This document shows positions 12,446 through 26,578 of a stretch of 64,000 nucleotides of DNA, one piece after another. The notes beneath the pieces are model-generated. The model saw only the letters and a list, made by a program, of their open reading frames with translations, was not told the origin of the DNA and made no database searches. The stretch is from Entomortierella parvispora E1425 (taxonomy: Eukaryota > Fungi > Mortierellomycota), in NCBI GenBank assembly GCA_020891255.1, contig BQFW01000002.1, positions 2,604,001 through 2,668,000 on the forward strand, written 5' to 3'. The stretch's first letter is position 1; the number at the start of each line of letters is the position of its first letter. The position numbers and the translations under genes are program-made.

Positions 12446-13044
12446 TTAAGCCTCCTAAAGTATGAAGAAAACAATAAACGATGTTAGTTTTTCCCATTTC
12501 GATATCAAGGAATTGGACTCGATAGCTTTTTGAAAAGACAAAACGATTTGCTTACGGGAATCTCGACCTCACCGGCATCGATGGCATCACCGAGGTCCTT
12601 GGGGGACTGACCGTCAACGGTGCATCCGACCGAGAAGGCAGTTCCGAGGATCTCCTTGACGGTACCAGAGAGCTCACGGGCAAGGGACTTGGGGCGCATG
12701 ATGCGGGCAATCTCAATGACATCATCCAAAGAGATGTTGCCGTTGTGCTTGATGTTCTTCTCCTTCTTGCGGTCACGGGGAGCCTCCTTCAAGGCCTTGA
12801 TGACCAAGGAAGAAGCCGAGGGGACGACCGAGACGGTAGCCTGACGGTTCTGGATGGTCAACTGAACGGTGACACGGAGACCCTTCCAGTCCTGGGTGGC
12901 CTTGGCAATATCTTCACCGACCTTCTTGGGGGCAAGACCGAGAGGACCGATCTTGGGGGCAAGAGCGGAGGAAGCTCCGACCTCTCCTCCGGTGGCACGG
13001 AGGTAGATGATCTTGATCTCGTTGGGGTCCAGCTTTGGTGGCAT
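12446..13044 (-). CDS. RPL12: 60S ribosomal protein L12 (uL11), 2 exons
   Basis: [37 protein letters not shown]; intron after EVEIP, last exon GAG GCT TAA. Confidence 0.98.
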
Positions 13045-13496
13045 GCTATGTTATGAAAAGAGATGTAGACTTTGGATGAGTCCACCTGATTGAAGAGTGC
13101 CGATTCGCTCATGACAGCATGATCTTTAGTCCATTCGTCAGCCCCAATTCTGTTTCCTCGTCCGTCCATCATCCAACATTGTTGAATAACCATTTTTCGA
13201 TCGAAAGCATGGCACACAGATCAAGCTGGAAGGATGGCCGTAGGCGACAAAGAATAGGAAAGTCGGGTGGATGGATGGATGGATGGATAGATGATATCGC
13301 CGATGGATGTGATCCAAAACATACATGAATTATTGCAAAGAAAGAGAAGAGGAGGATTTGGCTCTGTCGCGGCGGCGGTCCCTTGATATGCTCAAAGGGG
13401 AGATTAAAAATTTGGTGGCGCATTTTTTTTTTTTTTTTGTTATTTTCGCTGGCTAGCAATCAACTATGGGTCCGCGACCACTCACTCCTCTTGGGC

Positions 13497-15524
13497 TTAC
13501 GACCACTCCTGCTCCCCCGGCTGGGCAATGCAGAGAAGGCCAGAACGAAGTCCTTGGTTGTCCTGTAGGTTTTCATAACGCTGCTGGTGCGTCCACCCCT
13601 CACTTTTCTCCCAGAACTCAAGTATCTCAGCTCCTTGTCTGCTCACGTGTGCCTCTACCACCTTGGCGTTTTCTGTAAACTGGACCGCCTCTTTGTGCAC
13701 AGCATGGTAATCAAACTCGTCCACAGGTCGGGTGATTCCATTGGAGAACCCAACTGCATCGTCCCTTTCATTGTTCGTAGATGCCGAGTGCGTCTCTCCG
13801 TGCGCGAAAAGTATCCACATCGTCTGGACCTTGTTCATAAGATCCTTCTCCTCGGCTGTAAACACCTTCTCAATCGCAAAGTCGGGTCCAAACACAAAGA
13901 CAAGATCCACCCCGTGATGGGCGCCCCATCCCTGACCCTTCTTGTCCACCAACTCGATGGAACGATCAAAATAGTACTGGTGCAGGGCAAATCCCTTCCC
14001 AAGATCCTCTCGTTTGGAGAGTGCTCGGAGAGTAGAATACTCTGGGTAAGCAAACAACGAATGTTCAATCACTTTGGCAGATGATAGAATCGCATCTTGG
14101 TCCTCAACGATAGGTCCGTAGAGCTGTTCCCACTTTTGCCGATCTTCTGCATCAGGAGGACAATATTTTTCAGTGACTCTGGCCCATCCTTGGACAGTGT
14201 TCGCGGCAAGAGAGTCGACAAACATAGGCCCTTCATCCTTCATCTCGCCGATTATGACCGCCTTGACGCCTCGGTCGTAGAGTTCAGTCTTATGAACCAA
14301 TAAACGAACATCTTCAGGCACAATAGTCCCATCCACATACGGCGTGAACATCCTAAGTTTGCGCGATGCTGCAGCCTGTGCCAACTCTTGTCCAGGAATT
14401 TGTCGCAGTCGCTCCAGCTTTTCCTTCGCAGAAAGATCGTTAGGAATGTTGAAGTGGTCAACCAAAAAGTCCCAGTACAGTCGGCCCTCGACTTCAGCGC
14501 GTATAGCCGGGGCAGAGGCCATTGCGCAGGATTGCATGATAGCTCTGTGAAAGAGTCCATGATGCTGAGGGATCAACATGTGGTAGTTGATACTCACCGC
14601 TCCAACGGATTGACCAAAAGCAGTGATGTTGGTGGTGTCCCCTCCAAAGGCGGCGATATGAGCATGGACCCATTCAAAAGCAAGACGTTGGTCCATCAGT
14701 CCCCAGTTGCCTGCCGCTTGATTGTATTCGGAGGAGGAGTACCGCGCATCCGCTTTAAGATCCTCGAGCAATTCAGGACAGGCAAAGAAACCATGAAAGT
14801 TCATTCGATAGTTGAGAGTCACGACGATCACCGGTCGCCCCAACTCAACAGAGCGCTTGACGAGGTTAGTGCCATCTACAACAAACAACGGAGGAGAGAT
14901 GTTAACCTTGAGAAGCTTAAGGTCTGCTCTTTTTGTTGTCTTCTGATACCAATTGTTAAAAAAAGCTCTTACCATACACATCCATGGCGTTAGTGCCATC
15001 TCTGAAGCTTCCTCCATGAATATAGACCATGACTGCAGCCGGAGTGAGCTTTACCTTTTCAGTAGAGCTTGTAGTCACTGCACTTGAGAGGGTATCTTCA
15101 TGAACATAGATATTCAGATTCAGACAGTTTCTTTCATCGAATTCCACAACACCATCGTCAAAGTCGAACTCGGAGTAAGTGTTGATGACTCTAGAGTATC
15201 TCGTCTCGAAAGTCGGTTGAGGCGACACAGGGCTATGAGCCGAAGATGCCCATAAAAATAAAGGTTAGAAGCCCAGCCATGATCGACAAGAAAAATACTA
15301 GATGAATCCCCGATCCGGCGTGAACCGATCCTGCATTACGCATACCCTTGCTTCGTTGCGTCCCGAACCCCCGACCAAGGCTCAGGCTTGATTGCTGGTC
15401 GCCAGCGCTCCTGAACCGTAGCATACGGGATGTTAAGAAACTTGACGACATGCTTCAAAGGATCCAGTTTTCCTTCCACAGTTCCTTGTTTGGCGATGTC
15501 CACTCTTGGAGGCGATGAAGACAT
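13497..15524 (-). CDS. Type-B carboxylesterase/lipase (copy 1), multi-exon
   Basis: FLNIPYA...ERWRPA, CLNLNIY, YIHGGSF, NWGLMDQRLAFEWV, nucleophile FGQSVG, acid DEG, HHGVDL. Confidence 0.92.
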
Positions 15525-16927
15525 ATTGTTGAGAAGAGAAAATGACTGGGAGAGTGAAGGGTTGCTTGGTTTATTGGAAGGAAGAAGGAAGAAAGCAAAA
15601 GGTGAGGTGTGGGAAGATTTTTTTCCTTTGAAGTGCGGGCCGCTTCCTTTTTTTGCATGATCTTTGCCCCTACTTGCGCCATTGACGAGTCATCTGCACT
15701 CAAGTTTCCATCTGCAGTTACGGTTTCGGAGACTTCCAAGGAGAGAGCACGGGCGACAAGACAAGATGGCGCTGTGCTGCTTATGTTCATTGTTCGCTTT
15801 CCGGGCGTTCACAGGAGGTGAGCACGTTGTTCTATCCTTCTGCGCGTGAGATATACTCAAAATGGCAATGTGAGATGGTAAGCACGGAAAGTTTCGGTGG
15901 TCGACAAAGGGCGACATCCGATCCCATGCCGTCATATCTCGAGGAAAGAGGTGGAGGGTCTTTTACAGCAACGGAACGCACGCGCCAGAGCAATTGTGAG
16001 AGTTCTGCCAGTCGGTGCAGCGTTGAACGACGATGACAGCACCGGCCGGGGTGTGCAGGCAGGGTGGGAAAAGTAAAGGAACAGGGATCTGACGGGGGGA
16101 CGTGCCAAGCCGTTGCGGTATCCCTTGCACAAGACGCACACACATGGCTGGGTCATTTCACATGGGTCTTTGCGTCCTTTCGTTGTTGTGCCTGAGTGAG
16201 AACCTTGTAAATTAAGAGCGTAACTTAATGTGCACCATTCAGCATTTTTGATATCTGCTGACAACGGCACCTAACAAGCAAAGTTCCTTGTCAGCAAGGA
16301 CTCTTTTTTTCCTCTGTGGTTCGGCAAGGTCGCAATTATCTTCGGCTGTGGGTCGTGGGTCGGCTGCTGGGGGAGGGTGACGACAGCGTTGCTACATCCC
16401 TGTTGCGTCTTTGTCCCGACTTGCCCTCTTGGCATGGCTCAACCTCCTCCCCCAGCACAGGAAGAGTGTCTGAGTGTCTCCATCGCTCAAGGTACTTCTC
16501 GGTTGTATTCTATAGCTCGAATTGAATAAAAAAAACGAAGGGGGCTCTCTCTCAGGACATGTCGTCCTCCACTGTCAGAGGGCAGGTTGCAGCCAACCAA
16601 CCACCACCACTCCGCTCAAACAAGCTCACAGACAGCACAGAGAGGATGACAATTACCGTCAGGCAATGGCCACCTCCTAATGCAAACAAAGCTTCAAGAA
16701 TGTTTAAAAAGAGGGCCACTTTTGGCACTTCCTGGAGTTCATTTTCTACTCTTCAACTCTTCACGTGTACATTGCTGCATCTTGCTCCCTTACTCCTCCA
16801 TTCCATTCGCATTCGCGTTCTCATTCAACTTGCTTGTTCCCCCTCCACGCGCACCCGTTCTTCTTGCCCCACTCTCAGGAACCGAGCTCCGAGCACTTGC
16901 CACTGAAACACATAAATACCCCGACAT

Positions 16928-19900
16928 ATGGCCTCTTCCGCCATGGATCCCCTCGACTACTACGCACTGCTGAAGTTAGTCGATGCTCCTACCATTGTCG
17001 TATGTAGCACCTAAACATCGAAGAACAGGCTGATCTGTCAATCGTTAAGCGTAAATCGAATCTCTGTCCTCCCATCGATCCTTGCCTGACCGTCATTTTT
17101 TTGTGCTCAAAAAAAAATAGCCCGGAGAGGGTCCAGGATGCCAATATGTCCAGACCCCCATCAACACCCCTGCTAACATGTCCACACCCTCTTGGGGTTG
17201 TCCAGCCGGCCACTACTGTGTCTCACCCAAGCACCAGGAGGCATGCCCACCTGGATTTTATTGTCCTCCTAATACTGCACAGCCAATGTATTGCTGTGCG
17301 GGCTACTACTGCTCTGAGGACACCACAATGCTGACGCTCTGCCCTCAGAACCAATACTGCCCTACTGGATCCGTCGGAGGAGGCGTGAGTTTAGCTCTTA
17401 ATCTTTTTTTTCTTTAAGCAAACGAAAACTGTGCTTCAGTCTACTTAACACCCCGCACTGCCAATTGCTCTCTCCTCTTAGGTGTCTTGTCTCTGGCTTG
17501 CATCCTGCCCAACTGGAAGTACTTCAGCATCCAAGTTTGGCCTTGTCATCTTTGTGCTGGTTCTTATTGCTGTCATCTGTATTGTCTTCTGGATTCAGAA
17601 GCGTATAGAACGCGTGCGAGCTCATCATCTCGAGAAAAGACTGCGATGGATTCATAACCACAATCTGGCCAACGAGAACCCCCTGGTTGCGGACGAGACT
17701 GACCTGGAGGGCGATGACAACAATAGCGGCGACAACGAAAGAAACGCGGACGAATCTGTTATTCAAATTGACCAGACCAACGACAGGACAGGACTGTCGA
17801 CTCCAGACTCGGAGGAAACTGCGACATCCAATAATGGCAAACCAGTGAGACCAGCTCTGAAGAGGAAGCTCACCAAGGTCACTCACACGTTCGACATTGA
17901 GTTTGAGCATTTGGGCTTGACTCTTTCGAACGGCACACCCATTCTCAGCGTAAGTCCCCGGAACTCGACTATATCAACATTTAAGTACGGTGACTCTCCC
18001 TGCCCAAGGAAAAAAAGTACTGAAATTCTCCTTTTTACATTCTCATAGAACGTGTCTGGATCTCTTAGAAAGGGACGCACTTGCGCCATCATGGGACCAT
18101 CGGGATCAGGCAAAACGACTCTCATCTCCATGTTGACATCCAAGATCCCCAAGGACGAAGGTCGTATCTTGATTAACGGACAGGAGGAAGATCTGAGCCA
18201 CTACCGCAAGCTGATCGGATATGTCCCACAAGAGGATATTATGATGAGAGAGCTTACTGTTCACGACGTACTCTTGCATTCAGCCTACATGAGACTTCCC
18301 GCAAGTCTCACCAGAGCTCAAATGACGGAGAAGGTGCTCGAAATTGTCGACTTTTTGGGTCTCAACTCTGTCATGGACTCTGTAGTCGGTGACGCTGAAC
18401 GACGCGGTATCTCGGGAGGTCAGAGGAAGCGTGTTAACATTGGAATGGAGCTGGTCACTGACCCCAGTATCTTGTTCTTGGACGAACCCACCTCTGGCCT
18501 TGACTCCAGTACCAGTGGAGATGTTTGCCGTCTACTCCAGTCTGTTGCTCGCAAAAAGGGATTGACCGTAGCTGCTGTTATCCACTCTCCTTCTCCTGTG
18601 GCCTTTGATCAGTTTGATGACTTGCTCCTTTTGAGTCACAATGGCCGCGTGGTCTTCCATGGACCTCGTACGGAAGCACCCGCCTACTTTTCGGCAATTG
18701 GTTTCCCTATTCCAGAGGACTCGAGTCCCTCCGATTTTTACATGGATGTCATCTCCAACAACGTCAAGTCCAAGATCACCAAAAAATTCAAGCCGTTTTA
18801 CCTTCCTCGGTACTGGGAATCATACTGCAGACGTGCTCAAACCTTTTACGCAGATGGCGGTGTTGGTGCCGAGTACAGACACCCCACCCCCAACACATCG
18901 TCTCCTTCATCGCCTCATTTCAACCCTCGTGCAAACTCGTATAACAACTTGAACCGCTCGGCCATGTCAGTCCAACAGCAAGGAATGCCAGAGTCCTTGG
19001 CAATGTCCACGCTTGCTCTTCCATCATCTGGCACCCCAGGAGCCTCTTCCTCTTCACTTCACCCCCCTACTGATCCTCAGGAACATCGACGCAACAAGAG
19101 TGTGACCATGGCCCGCGACTCAATGCACAGTCCCACACCCAGATCGTGCATATCATCACCACGCGCCTCCATGGCCCTGTCTGATTTCACCTCGATATAC
19201 GACGCGCCTATTCCTGAGCATTTAACGTGGTCAGAGACCCTCAGAAAGTCTGTCCGGGTGTTTATCATCGAAAACCGCATGTGGTGGAAGGGTATCTTTG
19301 CAGAGACACAAGAAACTGTCCTTGGTCTCTTCCTCAGGAGACGAGATCCTATTCGCAATACGGCCTCTCCTTTCAGAATGTTCTGGCTCTGTTTGATGCG
19401 AGCACGCCTCCAAATCTTCAGAAACCAGCGCCAATTCCTCTACGATCAATTGCTCCATCTTGGATGCGGAATGTTCATTTCTGTGGCCGCTTCCAAGTTT
19501 GATTATCTCGGTAGTCAACCCGACATGGTCTGTGCCATGACGCCCTTCCAACTCAAGTATACCTGTTCCAGCCCTACGGATCATCTCACAGAAGTCGGTG
19601 TCTTCGTTGCCCTCGGTGTCTGCTTTGCGGGCATCTCTGTGGGTGCGATGACGTTTGGAAACGAAAAGCTGGTCTATTGGCGCGAGAAGTCTTCGGGCTT
19701 GCTTACACTCCCATACTATCTGGCTAAGGTCATTGCAGACATTCCCCGTATTGTTGTGGCCGGTATCATGTTCTCGCTCTCGTTGATCATCTTTTTCGAT
19801 GAGCGATCCAACTACTTCTACTTGCTCTTTATCATCATCATGTTGTACGCGGTCGCTTTCGCGATGGGCTACTTGCTCTCAGCCTTGGTGCCCCAGGCAA

Positions 19901-20241
19901 GAGTGGCCTTGGTCGGAACCGGATTTACCCTCGCGTGGGCCATCGTGTTCTCTGGCGATGCCCCCGATTTGGCGGATGTGATGAGCAACAGCGCCTCAAG
20001 CGGCTACAAGGCCACGCGTTGGATCTGGGTCATTTCTGCACCACGTTACGCGATCGAGGCGATCTATCTGCGTGAGCTCCAGGCACGTCCATGGCAAGAG
20101 ATCAGAACCGAGCCTCTGGCCCATACGTATGCCCTGAACCAGTTCTGGTGGTGTTTCCAGTCAATGGCACTCATTCTCCTCGGCTGGCACGTTCTTGCGT
20201 TTATCAGCTTCAAGCTGAAGGACCGCGCCAAGCAAAAGTAG
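16928..20241 (+). CDS. ABCG-type half transporter with Cys-rich N-terminal region and a single TM helix before the NBD, 4 exons
   Basis: Walker A GPSGSGKT, signature ISGGQRKR, Walker B LFLDEPTSG, H-loop VIHSP, C-terminal TM domain; N-terminal CPxGxYC repeats. Exon 1 (ATG 16928) splices in frame to PGEGPGC. Confidence 0.9.
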
Positions 20242-20807
20242 ATGCTATATATCCTTAATTCCCTAATTCCTATTTAACTTGCTCTACTAGTACTATTACT
20301 ACAATAATATAATGTTGTCCCTTTCATCATATCCTTTCTACTGTCAGCACGCGTCCAACTTCGACAATCCAAGCAGCATCGCACGAAATCTCGGTACATT
20401 TAAGGGGCGTAGACGTCACAAAATCCATCGAGATGCGGGGAGGGCAAGAAGGTGCGACCCCTGTGGGGCATGTGCATCCATTCATCCATCCATCCTCGCT
20501 GTCCTTCTTTGTCTTCGTCGACTCTTCCTCTCGCTCATTCCATCTTTTTTGAACAGGCAGAACGACGACTCATCCCCCCTCTCTCTTTCACAGGTACTGC
20601 CTTCGTGTTCACTGCGTGATTGCTCGAGGACTTGCGCCCTGCGCACGCGTGTGTCGTCTTACAAGACTGGTCAATGTCGCTAACCCCAACCCCCTTGTCC
20701 CTGCGTCGACTTTGCATCTTTTGGTCTCATCACCAGCAACGAACATCTACAGCAACTACCCACACCTCTTCCAGGATACCATTCTTATTCGACCACATTG
20801 ATTCACT

Positions 20808-23644
<2,837 letters not shown>

Positions 23645-23882
23645 GTAATTGAATGTCAACCCGTAGCCGAGAGAAAGAACAGGAAACATACAGATTCTAT
23701 CATGAGTTTTTGGAGGATGAATCCGAAATTAAAATTTACAAATATCATTGCACAGAATATTGGCGACAACAAGATAACAAGGAGAGAGGGAGGGAGGGAG
23801 AGAATTGAGATGCAATGGATGTATTTTTTTTTGTTGAAAGATGTGAATGCTAAGGACTGTGGCTAGTTGCTTCGACGCGGGT

Positions 23883-25435
23883 TTACTCGTCATCGCTAAG
23901 TCCCTCCATGGCATCGTTGTCGTCACCCGAGAAGTCACCCTCATCGTCCGAGAACTCTGGAGCCATATCTCCCATATCTGAGTAATCATCCGAGTCGTTG
24001 AACTCGTCCTGATCTTCCTCCTCGGCATCCTCATCCTCGACATCATCCTGGGCACGTTTCCTCTTTCCTTTTGAGTCGTCCTTTTCGTCTTCTTCCTCAT
24101 CCTCCTCGTCCTCGGGTTTGCGGGGAGCACCGCCGGTAGCAATACGATGAGCCTCCTTCTCGGCCGCCTTCTCGGCCTTCTTCTTGGCCACATTGAGCTC
24201 CTGAGCCTTGCGACGGGCAGCCTTCTCCTGAGCCTTCTTTTGACGCTCTGCCTTCTGGGCCTTGAGCTCCTCTGCAGATCGCTTGATAAAGTCGTGGTAA
24301 AGGACCTCACCGTCGCACATACCACCCTGAATCTTGACCAACTTCAACTCCATACGGGGGCCGAGCTCGACCAACTTGATCGCTCTCTGATCCTGTCTCT
24401 TGTTATTCCTGCCCACGTAATCCTGACCCAAGGTGACGGTCGAATCGGGACCATCCTCCACATCGGATTCAGAGGCAAAGGCACCTCGCAAGACATAGTC
24501 GGAAATATCCTCAAAGCCCTTCAAGTCGGGAACGCCCGTGGTGATGACACGCTTGATGGATTTGGAAATGCCGACGGGTTTGACAGAGACGTTGTAATGA
24601 CGGAAATCAATATGCTTGGTTTCGCTGTTGTAGTTCAACAAGACCACACGACGAGCATCAGCCAAGTGCATCTATTTTTTTGAAAAGAAAAGGGTGGGAA
24701 AAGGGTGGTTTAGTGAACGTTGATCTCCAGAAGCGAAGTTTTTTTTTCCTCTTTGATTTTTCCTTACGGTTTGAATATTAATGGGAGGGAACATGTTCTG
24801 GAAAACGGTACTCATCAACTTCATCTCGTTGGAATCGCCAAAGTTGTTGAGGACCAAAAGAGGAGCGACCTGGAACTCGAGACCAGGCGATTTGGGGGTC
24901 TTTTGCATGGCAGCGATGTCCTTGGCAAGAGAGTAGGTCTTGACCTGGAAGGACAGGGTGGGTCCACGAGGCACACGGGCGATTCTCATGTTGGTTCCAT
25001 GCTCTGTCCTGGACAAGATCACAAAGTGGGTGACTCCCAAAGGTCCTGCCACTGCCACGAAATCACGAAGTCGGTTTTTTTTACGCTCCTGTTGTTGTTG
25101 GATTGTTGAAAGGTCGAGTAGAACGTGGTTGAAGCAATATATCGGATCAAAGAGGTGGATGAAGAAATAATTAGTTATGACTCTCTCTACACATGGTAAA
25201 TTATATAGACACGCCTCGCGAATCGATGCTGCTCCTGCTGTGTTGTCTCTCTTACCCTGAGCTTGGTAGCAGTGTTGGGTTCCATGAGACGACGAATGTC
25301 TCCGACAAGGCCCATGACGGAATGGCCGACCTCACCAGAGCGCATGACAAAAGTCTTGGGGACCTTGGCAGCATTGGGGTTCTCGCCTTCCTCGACCTTC
25401 TTGTGGGTGCGACTCTTTTTGCGTGCCTTTCCCAT
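23883..25435 (-). CDS. SSF1: Brix-domain ribosome biogenesis protein Ssf1/Peter Pan, multi-exon
   Basis: MGKARKKSRTH, PKTFV, MEPNTATKLR, AGPLGVTHF, PRGPTLSF, IDFRHY, AIKLVELGPRMELKLVKI, acidic tail. Confidence 0.95.
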
Positions 25436-26036
25436 GATATGATATAGAAGTGGTGTGGAGAGAGTGAAGTAGAGGAGAGACGAAAGAATGCAAAGAGCAA
25501 GAGGTATCAAACAACGGGATGAGATGGGTATGAATGGATGGATGGAGCAGTGTATGAATGCAAATGAACAGGGGGATGAAACTCGTTTGCTCAACCACGA
25601 AGGGAAAGCCTCAAAAGAAAAAAAAGAAAAAAACTTGTTTACATTTGGAAGTGGCGTGAAAAAAAGGTGACTGTCATATTCTTTATTTTTTCTAATTTTT
25701 TGCTGCATGTGTGAGATTCTTCGAAAGTGGCCATTTGCAGACAGGACGTTTGTTAGAGAAAGACCCAACCGCAACAATAGTTTTATTAAAACAGTAGCTC
25801 GATGAACAAAAATGATGGACTAAGTCTAAATAACTGACAGCAAGTAGATCGCTGGAGGGAACCAAACGGATGCTCATTGCGAAAAAAATGGGGTAGAAAG
25901 AGGTTTTTTCTTGAAGTTTGAAAGTAGTAAAAAGTTCAGAAGACGGGAATTTCAGCCTTCTCAGGAAGGAGTACCCCTGTTGACAGTGGGGCCCTCCGCA
26001 AAAAAAGGCTACTCCCTTTCGAGGAGTTTTGCTTGC

Positions 26037-26300
26037 TATAAAAGAGGGGAACGGAGGCCCGGCCACAGAAAGGCAAATAGGCGACAACTTTTATCTCCCT
26101 AGGGTCATAGTGTAAGTGACTATGACCTGGTTGTTCAAGGGTTAAAGAAAGCTGTAACCTTGCCTTTTATAGGGGGCGAGGTTGAGACTGGTTTCTTCAA
26201 CTTTTGGAACAAAGGGATGCCGTCCCCGCGGAGTTGCTCCAATGAGTTCCGTCAACTTCTCTTTGGACCAGTAAACTTGAAAATAATAGCGCGGGGGTCA
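26037..26300 (+). ncRNA. Unidentified candidate structured RNA (three consecutive hairpins)
   Basis: Inverted repeats 26103-26111/26119-26127, 26156-26164/26175-26183 and 26223-26230/26290-26297, downstream of a TATA box resembling that of the U2 gene. Strand uncertain. Confidence 0.3.
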
Positions 26301-26578
26301 ATTGAATTAATCGCAACGGGATGAAGACTGCTTTTCGCACCAGGCACCGAGACAGACTGGCGACGGCTGACGGGATTCCCTTTTCTTTGCTTCATTCAGA
26401 AAAGGACAAGAGCGCGCTTTCGACACTCAACATTGTTGTCATTCGACCCTTCCTAATCAACTTGGTTCCTCGAAGCAGCCATCTAGAAGCAGAAGGCACA
26501 TTCGTCTCTCTGATCCCTCTGCAGCGCCATCCACAGTGAATTTCGCTACATTTCGCATCTGTTTCCGATTCACGCTCC

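Noticed and set aside
15660-16900. Short ORFs between carboxylesterase 1 and the ABCG gene
   Set aside because: No consistent frame or motif; I cannot support a gene call.
26155-26185. GCCTTTTAT resembling U5 loop I
   Set aside because: U5 has GCCUUUUAC in an 11-nt loop; here GCC is inside a stem, and no Sm site follows at the right distance.
26117-26372. U3-like GACTAT start with GAGGTTGA and CTGA boxes
   Set aside because: No B or C boxes and no C'/D terminal stem.
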